Positions 25,386 to 37,000 are shown, counted from the first letter of the stretch. The stretch is DNA of 64,000 nucleotides from a virus (IMGVR_UViG_3300020316_000005:32001-96000); one strand, 5' to 3'. Made by a program: numbers and translations. Notes: generated from the sequence alone by a model not told the origin.

Positions 25386-26142
25386 CTGTAAATTCACTGA
25401 ATAGTTCATTAAAACCAAAGTTGTCGTCTGGATCTGCCGTAATGGGATCAGGCGTGACGGTATAACGTTGTTCACGAGGTGCAGTCCTCTTAGAATCCAA
25501 CGCAGTATCAACGATTGCCTTCTTGATAAGCTTATCGGTTGTATCGGTAACGGGACCGTACAGATAAGTCTTAGCGGTAAACGACAGTGTGTAGATCAGA
25601 GTTCTACGTGTTGTATAGTCTCCCTCATAATCATCTTCATAAGATACTGAGTTGAGAGACACTGGGAAATCCTTTGATTCTCCAAGTTCAGGAACTAGGT
25701 TGATCGTGATATTGAAGAATGGTTGGAAGAACGGAAGAATCTGCTCTAGAATTTGTAGACCATCATCTTGGTTCTTCGACATAATTGCCAGTTCAAAATC
25801 CACATTGTATGGAACTGGCATAAAGGATTTCTTAGTTTTACCGTCCGACTGAACGTGACGGAGCACCTGTGTAGGTGAAACTTTTCTGGTTGCATCGTAA
25901 GAGAATCCAGAGATCTCAAACGAGATTCTGGGCAAGGTAATCTGAATAGCGTCTTTAGTTGTCAGATCACCAACCTGTCTCAAACGAGCAAGGAATTTTT
26001 CTTTAGGACCATATGCCAAAGGCACCTTCATAACTTCAGTCTTGGATCCACTTGTTCGTTTGATCTCAATGTTATTGAAGAGTGTACCGAAAGCAACTAC
26101 AGTCTTTCTAAAGATTTCATTGTAAGAGTATGTACCTAGCAT
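25345..26142 (-). CDS. g15: Tail sheath stabiliser / terminator gp15
   Basis: FGTLFNNI, VPLAYGPKEKF, LPRISFE, QILEQILPFFQP. Confidence 0.96.
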   Translation of the reverse strand: MLGTYSYNEIFRKTVVAFGTLFNNIEIKRTSGSKTEVMKVPLAYGPKEKFLARLRQVGDLTTKDAIQITLPRISFEISGFSYDATRKVSPTQVLRHVQSDGKTKKSFMPVPYNVDFELAIMSKNQDDGLQILEQILPFFQPFFNITINLVPELGESKDFPVSLNSVSYEDDYEGDYTTRRTLIYTLSFTAKTYLYGPVTDTTDKLIKKAIVDTALDSKRTAPREQRYTVTPDPITADPDDNFGFNELFSEFTDGLSRNPVTGNDE

Positions 26143-27008
26143 TAGTTAGCGCCTCCGATTTCACCGAAGGGATTGGATTGCGTAAAGTCAAGAATGGAAT
26201 CTGCCTCAGTCTCAAATAATTGATTCTGATCGTATTCCGAATTTGTATTATTTAGAGTATTGTAACTGCTAGTGGTCCAGGCAGCACCAGAAGTCTGACC
26301 TGTGAGAGTCTCGGGAATAGTAAAGATGCCTGTTCTGTTATAGACTTGCAGTTGTCTATTTGCACTATCGAACGACTTGACTTCTGCCTGAACGTTGGAT
26401 GTGCCACCAACAATAGTTTCACCAACAGTAAATGTACCAGTACCACCTTCTGCAAAGTTGATGGTAATGGTTTGATCCAGATTGCGTTCGATAACATCGA
26501 TTGCTTCGACGCCAGTGTCGAGATCCTCGCCGCTGTACTCGTACAGCTCACACTTGAGACCCCAGACGTGAATCTTGTTTAACTGATAGAAAGGTTGTTC
26601 GTGCTCAACATATTGAATCTGGAACAACTTACCTGCCAGCGGGAAGTATATAAGGTCACCTTCATTAGGTCTTCCTTCTACAACCAGGGTTGTATTGTCA
26701 TCAACGAGATCTTGGAATCTCTTACGTGCAATGATGAAGTTTACCTGGTCCGAAATACGAACACCAAACTTGGAAAAGAGATCTCCATCTCCACCAAATC
26801 CCTGAACGTTTTCTAGATACGCTTCAATTTGATATGCTGAGTCAAAAGAAGACAGAGCATCTTCGCCAAATACTTGATCCTCACCCACCAAAGTTCTGGG
26901 GATATAATAAACGTCTGTCCCGAACATCTTAATTTGTTCGACGACAAGATCCTCCACGAGCTGCTGCTCGCCAGTTGTACCTTGAGTGAAATAGGAATTA
27001 GTAGGCAT
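26142..27008 (-). CDS. g14: Neck protein gp14
   Basis: EQIKMFGTDVYYIPR, RPNEGDLIYFP, PFYQL, DFTQSNPFG. Confidence 0.96.
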   Translation of the reverse strand: MPTNSYFTQGTTGEQQLVEDLVVEQIKMFGTDVYYIPRTLVGEDQVFGEDALSSFDSAYQIEAYLENVQGFGGDGDLFSKFGVRISDQVNFIIARKRFQDLVDDNTTLVVEGRPNEGDLIYFPLAGKLFQIQYVEHEQPFYQLNKIHVWGLKCELYEYSGEDLDTGVEAIDVIERNLDQTITINFAEGGTGTFTVGETIVGGTSNVQAEVKSFDSANRQLQVYNRTGIFTIPETLTGQTSGAAWTTSSYNTLNNTNSEYDQNQLFETEADSILDFTQSNPFGEIGGAN

Positions 27009-27009
27009 C

Positions 27010-27804
27010 TTATCCGATCATATCTAGGGGTGGCATTTCGTATGTAGCGCGAAGTTTCTCTTCCAGTGCTTGCAGTTCTTCAACAGCATCACTGTAGATC
27101 TTTTCGCCATTGAGGGTAACACCACCAGGAAGTTGTACGTTTTGGAACTTCGTCAGGTTGGTACCCCAATACTTTTTGATCAGTGCAGTTGCATAATCTT
27201 TGACCCACATAGTCCCGTAGATTTTGGACCAATTAGCAGGATCAAGTGCACGCACACAATCGATAATGATATATTCATCTTCACGGATGTCGGATAAAAC
27301 ATCCATATCAATGTACAGACGATTGTTGACTTGGTTATATCTTGTAGGTTTCATACCTTCCAGAAGGAAGTTGATAGTCTCCAAGTGTGTCTGAATCATA
27401 AAGTAATGATAGAACTGTGTTGATGTGAAATCAAACAAATCATTCAGTCTCAACTGGTAACGAATGTCGAACATATTCTGAGTACCTTTATCTTGGAAAG
27501 AAAAGATACCGTTGACAGAAGTTACGTGGTCGGGAACTGTAATATAATTGTTCTGTGTAAAGAACTCATTACTACCAACAGTCTCAGTGGTATTTGTCCT
27601 AAACGCATCAATCTCTGCCTGAGAGAATTGGTGCTTCAGGAAAACTTTCTCACTACCACTGTAGTGGAACTCTTGGAACATCTCGATAGTGTAATCGAGA
27701 GCATCATCAACTTGATCATCAGATACATTAACTTCCAAGACTGGTTTACCCAATCTACGGAGCGCATACTCCTTGAGTTCTGCTTTGCTTGTTGGATTAG
27801 CCAT
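27010..27804 (-). CDS. g13: Neck protein gp13
   Basis: LRRLGKPVLEVNV, KDYATALIK..WGTNLTKF, LPGGVTLNG. Confidence 0.96.
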   Translation of the reverse strand: MANPTSKAELKEYALRRLGKPVLEVNVSDDQVDDALDYTIEMFQEFHYSGSEKVFLKHQFSQAEIDAFRTNTTETVGSNEFFTQNNYITVPDHVTSVNGIFSFQDKGTQNMFDIRYQLRLNDLFDFTSTQFYHYFMIQTHLETINFLLEGMKPTRYNQVNNRLYIDMDVLSDIREDEYIIIDCVRALDPANWSKIYGTMWVKDYATALIKKYWGTNLTKFQNVQLPGGVTLNGEKIYSDAVEELQALEEKLRATYEMPPLDMIG

Positions 27805-27810
27805 TAGTTA

Positions 27811-30800
27811 TCAGCGAGTGAGAGCGGCAAGTGCTGCCTTGAGTTGAGTCACAGTTGTGATAGAAGCATCATTACCGATCGCGTTGAGAGCGGTGAAGAG
27901 ATCATCAATGTCAGTATCATTGGTGTCTGCCTGCGTGCCCTGTGCAGCAGTTGCATATGCAGTGCTGTCAGTAGCAGCGGCACTACCCAGAGTGGGTTTG
28001 CCAGTCAGGTCAGCATAAGCACCAGAGAATAATGTAGGTTTGCCAGTCAGATCTGCATATGCTCCAGAGAAGAGCGTAGGCAGGTTGCCAAGATCATTGT
28101 AGGATCCAGTGGTTGCTACGGTTGCCAGGTCACCTGGTTGTGTAGCGGAATCTGCCAGAGCACCCTGTGCAGTAGTAGCAGCGAGAGCACCGATACGAGC
28201 ATCAACACGAGCCTGTGTGTAATAAAGGTTGGTGCCTTCTGCAAGATCACCAGTGTCCTTAGCAGCGAATCCTGCATCAACTCTTGCGTCAGCACGAGCT
28301 TGTGTATAGTAAAGGTTTGTTCCTTCAGTAAGATCGCCAGTATCCTTAGTAGCGAGACTTGCGTCAAAGCGTGCCTCAGTATAGAAGATGTTCGTAGAAC
28401 CTTCTGTAAGGTTGTCTGTATTGATGTCTGCGGGAACTGCGGACAACGTAAGCATATTGCCTGCGTCATCATACGTTGCCGAAATACCTGTGCCGCCAGT
28501 AATCAGGTTAGCAACACGATCATCAACTCTCTCCTCGGTGAAGTAGAGGTTGGTAGATCCTTCAGTCAGAGCATCAGTATCGTGGTTTGCGATAGAACCA
28601 ACCTGAGACTGGAAGAAGGTAATGGTTCCAGTAACGTTCAAGTTACCCTGAACCTCAAAGTTCGTCGTGGAGACGAAGTTCGTAACACTCAGAGTGTTAG
28701 AGAACGGGTTGTAAGTGAGGTTCTGAGAGTCAACAAACGCACCAGTGTGACCAGTGTTTGCAGCAGCAAACATTGGATAGAAGGTGGTGTTGTTGTTCGT
28801 ATTTGTAATATCAATGTTGTCTGCATTAGTTGCAGTACCTGTCACATCACCAGTCAAGTTACCAGTGATTTGACCAGTAACACCCAGAGTGCCACCGATA
28901 GTCGTTGCTTGTGCAACGTTCAGAGTACCGTCGGTGCTGATGTTACCGTTGGTTGCAGTGATTGTGGTCTTAACACCACCGCTGCCACCGACCATAAAGT
29001 TGCCGCCAACGTTCAGTCTCTTGGAGATGGATGCACCACCAGCAGTGTAGAACGCAGCAGAAGTGTTGTTGTATCCAGTAGAGTCGGAAGACTTCAGGAT
29101 ACGCATAATACCGCTAACGTTAGTGGTAGAGTTCGAGTTGCTAATAGCAATCGAAGTACCGCTAAAGTCAACATTGTTATCAGCGTTAAGAACGCCAAGT
29201 TCAGTTGTTCCAGTAACGTCAAGAGCACCAGCAATATCTGTGTTACCAGTTGAAGATGCAACGACAAACTTGTTAGTATTGATGGAGAAGTTACCACCAA
29301 GAGTCAAAGTAGACTGGAGATCCGCAACACCAGATGCTGACAGAGATGTCAGAGTTGTTGCACCAGTGACACCCAAGGTACCTGCAACAGCACTGTTACC
29401 AGTAGGTCCGTCAACAGTGAAGTTACCAGCACCAACGTCGAGGTCATCACCGATGAATGCTTTCTTGGTTACTGCAAGACCACCAGAGGTGAAGATAGAA
29501 GCACCATTGTTGGTTGCGCTAATTGCATCACTTGAATTATTAAAACGTGCTTTCTCTGTATAAGTTTGAATGCCTGCATAGTTGACAGTTCCATCAATGA
29601 CGGAGTTGCCATAAACGCGAACATCACCTTGAGCAACCAGATTGCCACCGATAGATGCACCACCCGTAACTCTAAGAGCACCGTCACCACTGTAAGAACC
29701 AGTTGTGGTTGCAGCAGATGCGTTAGTAATGGTGGTGATTCCAGTAACACCCAGGCTGTTATTGACGTTAGATGCACCACTGACATCAAATGTGCCACCA
29801 ACTGTTGTGTTAGAGGTCACTGCAAGGGTGCTAGACAGCGTTGTAGCCGCTGTTACGCCCAAAGTGCCACCGACGGTTGTATTGCTGCTTACAGCGAGTC
29901 CTTGTTGGAGGGTTGCTTGTCCAGCAGATGTGAACGTACCTGCAACAAGAGTGTTACCAGACGAAGAGGCAACAGTAAACTTATTAGTATTAACTCTAAA
30001 GTCGCTGGTAAGATCGAAGTCACCAGTTACATCAAGGTTGCCACCGATTGCTGTATCATCGGCAACTGAGAGGTCATCTCCCACATAAAGATCCATACCG
30101 ATGCCAGCACCGCCGCCAACGATAAGAGCACCAGAAGAAGAGTTAGTTGCGTTGGTTGTATCGAATAGTTTGATTGAACCTGCATCGATACCTGATCTTG
30201 TTCCTGAGAATGCTTCACTTGAATTTGTTGCGTTATGATAAAGAGCAAATCTTGAGGCAGAATTATCCCAACCAAAGAAACCGATCTTTGCGCTGCCAGA
30301 ATAATATCTAAACTCAATACCTCTGTCCTTAGCATCTGCCTGAGAAGGAGCAGTATCGCCACCCAGAGTAAAGACGGGATCATCCAGAGTCTGAGTTGTG
30401 GAGTTAATAGTTGTTGTAGAACCATTAACAGTCAGGTTTCCTTCCAGTACGGTGTTTCCATCAACTGTAAAGTCACCATTAACAGTAGCGTTGTCAGTAA
30501 AGGTAGCATCGCTATTAACTGTCAATGTGTCAGAATTGGCATTACCAATAGTGACGTTGTGTGTAAATGAGGTCGGGTTGTTAAAGGTTGCCTCACCGTG
30601 GACTGTAAGGGTACCAGCAGAGTTAGAACCCTGACCCACACGTCCAATCTCGGTGTTACCAGATTCACCAAGGACACTGAATTCAACAGTATCACCAGAA
30701 TTCAGTTTACCGATGTATAGGTCATCACCAATGTGGAGGTCGGTAGCAATACCAGCACCACCATAAACTCTCAGGTTGGAATTACCGTGAGTCGCATAAT

Positions 30801-33576
30801 TAGGCGTATAAGCAATGGTTGAACCTGCACGGATTTTATATCTGACTCGCAGATAGTTCTGGGTGCTGAAGGTTTCAGTTGCGCCAAGGTCTTTCTGGTT
30901 GAGAGCACCGTTAAGATATAGATCTGAATTGAAGAGAGTGTCACCTTCAATGTAACCACCACCATCAAAGCGGAAAGCACCGTAATCGCCCCCAGAGATG
31001 ACAAAATTGTCATTGGCGTCAGTGGAAATTGTTGGATCATCAGTATCTTCAAGGTGAACGAATTGGGCAACATTCAGAGTGCCTTCGATGTCAGTGTTAC
31101 CATTGGTGCTACTGATTTGGAATTTGTTTGCTGTTCCATTGGTAATTGTAAATGTCTTACCAGTGGTATCCAACAGCATATTGTCGTGGAACGTGGATGC
31201 AGCATCCACATCCAAAGTGCTGTTCAGAGTTGTAGCAGCATCAACATCAAGAGTGCTGTTGAAAGTTACACCACCATCAACATCGAGGGTGCCATCCGAA
31301 TGGGTGTTGCCGTTATCAGTATCGATAACAAACTTCTCAGCAGTTCCATCAGTGATGGAGAAGACAGTATTGGGTCCAACAACTCTTACGTCGTCTTCAA
31401 ACGTGCTGTCAGAGTTGACAGTGACAGTATCGCTAGAAGCATTACCAAGAGTCACGTTGCCTTGGATATTCAGGTCACCCTGAGACAAGACATTACCGTT
31501 GGATGCAGTAACATAGAACTTGCCACTGTTTACATCCACATCACCAGCAATATCTGTGGTGCCACCGATGTAAACGTTTTCAGAAATACCAGCACCACCA
31601 GTGACCACGAGGGTTCCAGTTGTGGTGGAAGTGGATCCAGTATTTGTTGTCAGTGAAAGTGCACCTGCCTTCAGGTAAGCATCAACTCCACTAAAGACTT
31701 CGTTAGTATTGGTTGCGTTATACAGGAATGAATAACCACCTGTACCACCGTCAAGACGAGTTACACTCTCATCCCAACCATAGAAACCAACTCTTGCTTG
31801 TGAATCATAGTAAGAGAACTCAACACCACGGTCCTTACCATCATCAGTTGTAGGAGCAGTGTCGCCACCAAGAACGATGATGGGATCATCGACTGTGATT
31901 GTCGTCGAGTTTACAGTTGTGGTTGTACCATCAACTTGGAGGTTACCACGAATCTGGACAGTACCAGTGATACCATCGTCATCCTCAGGATCCAGAACCA
32001 ACGTACCGTTGCTAGTACCAAGGTGGTTCTCTTGGAAGTAGAAATCTTCTACTTGGACTTTTGCTGCTGCGTCTGTCGCTGTGAGGACAATTCCATTATC
32101 CGCTGTAACGTTAATAATTGCAGTGCCAGAACCAGCGTTATTGGATACAATGTCAAGTACCCTATCAGTCGCAGAAGAAACATTGTGATGAATTTTAAGT
32201 GATCCAGCGGTACGCTCAATAGTTTGAAGCGGAGTGACACCAGAACGGTCAAGAATAATCTTCTCACCACTGATGTGGGATGTTACATTGATGTCAACAT
32301 CACCAGCACCACTGTTACCAGTGTTGTTAGCACCAAACAGCAGGTTACCAGAAGTGTCATTTACCTTAATATAGTTCAGGTAATCAAAACCAGTGTGAGC
32401 ATTTGCTGTTGTCAGCTCATCATCCAGTTCAAAATGCTGAACAGTATTACCATCAGTAAAGATGATTCTATTGTTCTCTAGTTGAGTATTGTCAACACCA
32501 CTAAGAGCGATGGTAACGTGACCGTTTGCATCGACATCAAAGTCTTCTTGAGCAAACGAAGCAAGACCTTTCTGCTCAACAGCAGCGTTATTAAGGAATC
32601 TCCAACCGTTGTTATCGCCACTGTTATGTGTCGGTGCTGCTTGACCAGCAGTAATACCAACGTATGCTTGGTATACCCTACCGCCTTCTTCAATAATATC
32701 GTAACGATTATATGCAGTTCCAGAGTTAAATGCGGGATACTTACTGCCTTCAGTTGCCGTTGCAATGGGTACAGTCAGGGCAGCCGTGAGGCGACCATAT
32801 CTATCGACGGTAAACTTAGTAGCATTAACAGTTTCGCTACCTGTACCAGAAGATGTCAGTGCTTCAGTATTATAGCTACCGACAACAACAGTGGTATCTG
32901 CCAGGTCAATGAACGGGTTCTGAGTAGAACCATCAGGAACTGTGAAAATAATACGACCGCCACCACCAGTCAACTGTCTAGTAACAACGTTGCCCTGAGA
33001 TGCACGGCAAAGAATACCAACAGTTGTCAGAGTTGACAGTGAAGTCAGGTCATCATCTAATGGTTGAGCGTCAGTGATACCGTAGTCAGACAGGGTAGAC
33101 GCAAGTTCTGCACCAACAACACGACCCTGTGAGTTAACACGAACTCTAGTATAGAGTGCTTCAGCGTTAGGATCGTTGGGGTTATAGTGAGGCAGTGTCG
33201 TGATCAGCGACAGATCGGTGTTCAGGTTGAGGTTGGCAGAACCATCAAAAGAACCAGAACCAGTGATCTGACCTGTTAACTGAATCTGACGTGCGTTTGC
33301 AAGACGAGTCGCGGTAGAGGCATTACCAATCAACGTAGCAGTAATGGCACCTGCTTGGAAGTTACCGTCAGCATCACGCTTAACAAGAGTGTTTGCAGCG
33401 TTAGACTCTGTTTCTAGTGGTCGCTCATATTTCAATGAGTTCCACGGAGTAACGCCATCACCGATTTTAATACGTGACGTGTCGATCTCGATTCCGAGTT
33501 CGCCTTGTGCAAGGATGGGGTTGATGTTTGCCCACTGCTGAGCACCATCACGCCTTAATTGAATTCTATTTGCCAT
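27811..33576 (-). CDS. Long fibre protein (1,921 aa) at the wac/fibritin position
   Basis: N-terminal RIQLRRD...NPILAQGELGIE...KIGDG..WNSL anchor domain, G/T/V-rich beta repeats, C-terminal tandem repeats. Confidence 0.85.
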   Translation of the reverse strand: MANRIQLRRDGAQQWANINPILAQGELGIEIDTSRIKIGDGVTPWNSLKYERPLETESNAANTLVKRDADGNFQAGAITATLIGNASTATRLANARQIQLTGQITGSGSFDGSANLNLNTDLSLITTLPHYNPNDPNAEALYTRVRVNSQGRVVGAELASTLSDYGITDAQPLDDDLTSLSTLTTVGILCRASQGNVVTRQLTGGGGRIIFTVPDGSTQNPFIDLADTTVVVGSYNTEALTSSGTGSETVNATKFTVDRYGRLTAALTVPIATATEGSKYPAFNSGTAYNRYDIIEEGGRVYQAYVGITAGQAAPTHNSGDNNGWRFLNNAAVEQKGLASFAQEDFDVDANGHVTIALSGVDNTQLENNRIIFTDGNTVQHFELDDELTTANAHTGFDYLNYIKVNDTSGNLLFGANNTGNSGAGDVDINVTSHISGEKIILDRSGVTPLQTIERTAGSLKIHHNVSSATDRVLDIVSNNAGSGTAIINVTADNGIVLTATDAAAKVQVEDFYFQENHLGTSNGTLVLDPEDDDGITGTVQIRGNLQVDGTTTTVNSTTITVDDPIIVLGGDTAPTTDDGKDRGVEFSYYDSQARVGFYGWDESVTRLDGGTGGYSFLYNATNTNEVFSGVDAYLKAGALSLTTNTGSTSTTTGTLVVTGGAGISENVYIGGTTDIAGDVDVNSGKFYVTASNGNVLSQGDLNIQGNVTLGNASSDTVTVNSDSTFEDDVRVVGPNTVFSITDGTAEKFVIDTDNGNTHSDGTLDVDGGVTFNSTLDVDAATTLNSTLDVDAASTFHDNMLLDTTGKTFTITNGTANKFQISSTNGNTDIEGTLNVAQFVHLEDTDDPTISTDANDNFVISGGDYGAFRFDGGGYIEGDTLFNSDLYLNGALNQKDLGATETFSTQNYLRVRYKIRAGSTIAYTPNYATHGNSNLRVYGGAGIATDLHIGDDLYIGKLNSGDTVEFSVLGESGNTEIGRVGQGSNSAGTLTVHGEATFNNPTSFTHNVTIGNANSDTLTVNSDATFTDNATVNGDFTVDGNTVLEGNLTVNGSTTTINSTTQTLDDPVFTLGGDTAPSQADAKDRGIEFRYYSGSAKIGFFGWDNSASRFALYHNATNSSEAFSGTRSGIDAGSIKLFDTTNATNSSSGALIVGGGAGIGMDLYVGDDLSVADDTAIGGNLDVTGDFDLTSDFRVNTNKFTVASSSGNTLVAGTFTSAGQATLQQGLAVSSNTTVGGTLGVTAATTLSSTLAVTSNTTVGGTFDVSGASNVNNSLGVTGITTITNASAATTTGSYSGDGALRVTGGASIGGNLVAQGDVRVYGNSVIDGTVNYAGIQTYTEKARFNNSSDAISATNNGASIFTSGGLAVTKKAFIGDDLDVGAGNFTVDGPTGNSAVAGTLGVTGATTLTSLSASGVADLQSTLTLGGNFSINTNKFVVASSTGNTDIAGALDVTGTTELGVLNADNNVDFSGTSIAISNSNSTTNVSGIMRILKSSDSTGYNNTSAAFYTAGGASISKRLNVGGNFMVGGSGGVKTTITATNGNISTDGTLNVAQATTIGGTLGVTGQITGNLTGDVTGTATNADNIDITNTNNNTTFYPMFAAANTGHTGAFVDSQNLTYNPFSNTLSVTNFVSTTNFEVQGNLNVTGTITFFQSQVGSIANHDTDALTEGSTNLYFTEERVDDRVANLITGGTGISATYDDAGNMLTLSAVPADINTDNLTEGSTNIFYTEARFDASLATKDTGDLTEGTNLYYTQARADARVDAGFAAKDTGDLAEGTNLYYTQARVDARIGALAATTAQGALADSATQPGDLATVATTGSYNDLGNLPTLFSGAYADLTGKPTLFSGAYADLTGKPTLGSAAATDSTAYATAAQGTQADTNDTDIDDLFTALNAIGNDASITTVTQLKAALAALTR
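27992..28110 (-). repeat. 42-bp (14-aa LFSGAYADLTGKPT) tandem repeat, ~3 copies
   Basis: Visible in protein and DNA. Confidence 0.85.
28190..28585 (-). repeat. Four copies of the DT.DL.EG.TNL(Y/F)(Y/F)T..R motif
   Basis: Visible in fibre C-terminal region. Confidence 0.85.
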
Positions 33577-33624
33577 TTGTAATTCAGTTAATATCCGCTG
33601 GACGGACAGAATATGCCTCTGTGA

Positions 33625-33632
33625 TATTTATA
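33625..33632 (-). promoter_or_regulatory. Late promoter TATAAATA upstream of the fibre gene
   Basis: Perfect T4 late consensus directly after a terminator. Confidence 0.88.
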
Positions 33633-33638
33633 CGCAAT

Positions 33639-33660
33639 AAAAAAGGACCCTTGCGGGTCC
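33639..33660 (-). terminator. Intrinsic terminator
   Basis: GGACCC-GCAA-GGGUCC hairpin plus U6. Confidence 0.9.
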
Positions 33661-33668
33661 AAAGGTTA

Positions 33669-33872
33669 TCAAACGTCCGCGTTATCAACCTCATCAGGTT
33701 GTGCGAGATACTCTAGCGTCTCGATTGCACCCAGAAGCTTAAGTGCTTGATTTTCATTTGCTTTGATTTGGTCTACCATTTTCTTGTTATCTTCAAGAAG
33801 TTGCTGGTAGCGTGCTTTGAAATCACCAAGGAGTTTTTCCTGGTCAACGTTTTCAGATACGTCAGCTGTCAT
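33669..33872 (-). CDS. Small coiled-coil hypothetical protein
   Basis: 67 aa, KLLGAIETLE; coupled to neighbour. Confidence 0.75.
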   Translation of the reverse strand: MTADVSENVDQEKLLGDFKARYQQLLEDNKKMVDQIKANENQALKLLGAIETLEYLAQPDEVDNADV

Positions 33873-34098
33873 TACGATGCTCCAATAATTTGTGTAGTAG
33901 GGATTTGATTTCCGACAAATCAGATTTTAGCACATCCACCTCGTCTTTCAACGAGTCGATCTGCTCATTCCTCTTTTTCCTTGCTTTAGCAGCAGTTCCA
34001 GGAGGGGTTGCTTTTGTATTTAGAATAGCACCAGATGAGGTATCCCGAACCAAATCGGGATGTCCCTCAACGTGGAGAAAGTTTTTCTTAGAGGTCAC
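33862..34098 (-). CDS. Small hypothetical protein (VEGHPDLVRD..SGAILN + coiled-coil)
   Basis: 78 aa, coupled to the upstream structural gene. Confidence 0.8.
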   Translation of the reverse strand: MTSKKNFLHVEGHPDLVRDTSSGAILNTKATPPGTAAKARKKRNEQIDSLKDEVDVLKSDLSEIKSLLHKLLEHRNDS

Positions 34099-37000
34099 TC
34101 AGAGCCATTACGCGAAGGTTTCTAATATTAGGAACGTACGCTTGGTTCTTAGATGTCATAATAATCTTGACCTGTGCAGCAGTAAATTCTGCATTACTTT
34201 CAAGACTATACTCTAGATCGCGCAGGAGGTAAGATTCAGTCTTCTGGACTGTCTTATCCTCTTTACCGTTTCCGTTAAAATATGTATAACCGATCTCATC
34301 GAAGGCAAGCGAGGTGCCAACGGGGAGAATCCTGTACATAACGTAAATCTCAGTGTCAGGATGACGCCAAGCTTCAAATTGAACCTTCAAAGTATTTGCA
34401 GCATTCAGAAGATTAACCTGCTTAGTAATGTAAACAGCATCATTCTTGTCACCAGCGTTCTTCTCAGCATCAGAACTTGTTTGTGGAAGTTCGTTGATTC
34501 TATTGGAGGTGGTGATCAAAGAGCAACGATCAGTATCAATCACAGGAGTAATTGCTTCGTTCTCTGTGCTCATCAGCAGTTCCATAGTCAGTGACTTAGC
34601 ACCACTCAACTTAGCATCTTCATTCACCTGGGAACAAACCAGTTTGGGGAATGTGAGATAGTTGTCTTCGTTCGCGATAACGTCAAGATAGACGCCATCG
34701 TTAATGAAGGATGCATTATCAGTGTTTGCACCATCTTTGATTGATGTTGCAGAAACTGCGTTGAATCTAGGAATAACATCAGTTTCAGGGAAGTTGTTCA
34801 TCTGAATCTGAGGCAGGAATTGCTCAAACTGGATGTTCTGAGTTGCAGTAACATTAAATCCACCGTTGTTAATTCCGTTAGTGGAAACGGATGTAACTGC
34901 CAACTTGTAGCTGTCCAGAGTGGGTGCACCAATCTGGGTGTGCAGTTTGTTAATCTCAGTCAGAGGAATACCGTCAAGGTTGTAGCATTCAACGATACTG
35001 TTGGAAGAGTGGACAAGAGCAGTAGTTCCTGCCTTACCACGTGATCCAGAAGGAAGTGTGATGATCTTACCGTCATCGGAGATATTGCTATATTCAATAA
35101 TCTCAAAGTGACGTTGACCAACTTCGGGGTCGCGAATGATGATATAACCAGGGTTGCTAGTTGCAACACCCTGTCCATTGATGATTGTGTGGAATGCAGA
35201 TGCATCAGCAACGTGCAACTGGAATGTACCAGACACACCATCAGCAGCAGTAATACCGTTTGTATGGTATGCAGAGTCAATAATTGTGGGAGAAACCTCA
35301 GAGATAACTCCTTCAATCTTCACGTTGTTTGCTGTATCGTGCATACAGTGGTTTGCGTGATGCACGGTGATCTCAGTTGCTTTGTTAAAGTAAGAGATCG
35401 GAGCAGCAGGATAATCATTGATGTCATCACCACTGGTAGCAACACCGCCAGCAGCAATAGTACCAGAACCAGTTGTAACAGAATCGATTGTTTGAGTGAC
35501 TGCATCACCAGCAGTGAATGTTCCAGTCACGGACTTAATGGTAACAACACCAGTACCAGAGTTCCATTCAGTCACGATACCAGATGCACCCTGACCATTT
35601 GTAATACTCTGATCTGTTTGGAATGTACCCGTCACACCAGACAATGTGATGTTTGCAATAGATCTAGAAGAAACCAATCTATAGATGAAGTTTTGTCCAG
35701 ATGCAACACCTTCACGGAAACTACCCTGAACATCATCCAAGATGATATAAGCGTTAGACGAACCTTGGACACCTTGGACAACTTCGCGAACAATCGCAGA
35801 AGGAACAGGTGAAGTATCAGTCTGAGTAATCTCAGCACCGATAGTGAAGTTTGCAACGTGATCAGAAAGGATAACCTTAATCTCTGGTTTCAGAGTTTCA
35901 ATCGGGTTATTGCGAAGCTGTGAAATCCCAGCGTTGCCGAGAGCGAGCTCAGCGTTATTAAACACAGCAGTACCAGTTGTGTTCGGTGTAAACTCCGCTT
36001 TGTACAGCACAAACTTGAGGTCTTCGTACTGGTCAGCGGTCCAGGTTGATGCGTTCTGTGACTTGAAGAGGACACCTGCATATGGTTGCTCAGAAATCGT
36101 TCTGTCGCTTGTCACGTCATCTTCACCCATTCTGGAGATCCAGAGTTTATATTCGTTAGAGTCAGACAGAACAACGAGACAATACTCGCGGTTCTCTGTG
36201 ACATAGATGGGAGAAGCGAAGTTGAATCTGGTAGCAACTGTGCCATTTTCAGACAGATTGATCTGTGAAGGCAGAAGAGTTGTATCCGAGAAGGCAAGAA
36301 CCTTCGTGGTCGGATAACCATTTGCCATCTCACGAACCTGAACGGAAACAGGAATCTTCTCGTCTCTTGTGTTGAAGTACAAATCGCAACCAGTCAGGAA
36401 TGCACCACCCTTAGACTCAACCAAGAAGGATTGTGCCAGGGGATCGTACCAACCAGTATCACGAGTAGATGTGCTGCTGTTATCAACCGTACGGTTCTGA
36501 GTAACAGTATCTCTAACCAGTTCTGCATTTCTAACAGCAAGAATAGTTTGCTGCTTAGTTTCCAGAATACCCGATGCAACGTAGTTTGCGTTTGCAGCAG
36601 AGTCAACCTGACCAGGAATACGAGAGTCATTCGCAGAAGTTGTCAAACGAATAACACGAGTACCAGTCGCAAATCTAGGGTTGGTGCTTACAGCAGGATT
36701 CGGAATCCACATAATACCTTGGAGGTCACCGTTGGTGTTTGCCACCAAACGCTTCTTCTTAACCACGGCACGAGCACCAGAGGTTTGACCAACAAGAATT
36801 TCAGTCTCAATAGGGTTGCCGTAGAAGTCGCCTTGGACAGTCTCCGACATAATCTTGGTGTTGATATTCAAGAGAGGTGTCGTCGATGCATAGGAGCTAG
36901 GCAGCTCAGACTTATCATACGGAGACAGACCATCGTCAAATCCATTGTTAGGATCGACAAGGATGAGTCTACATCCAGATGTCTGACCAATAACAGTCTC

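Noticed and set aside
27992-28585. Direct repeats considered as CRISPR array or diversity-generating retroelement repeats
   Set aside because: In-frame protein repeats varying at synonymous positions; no spacers, cas genes or reverse transcriptase.
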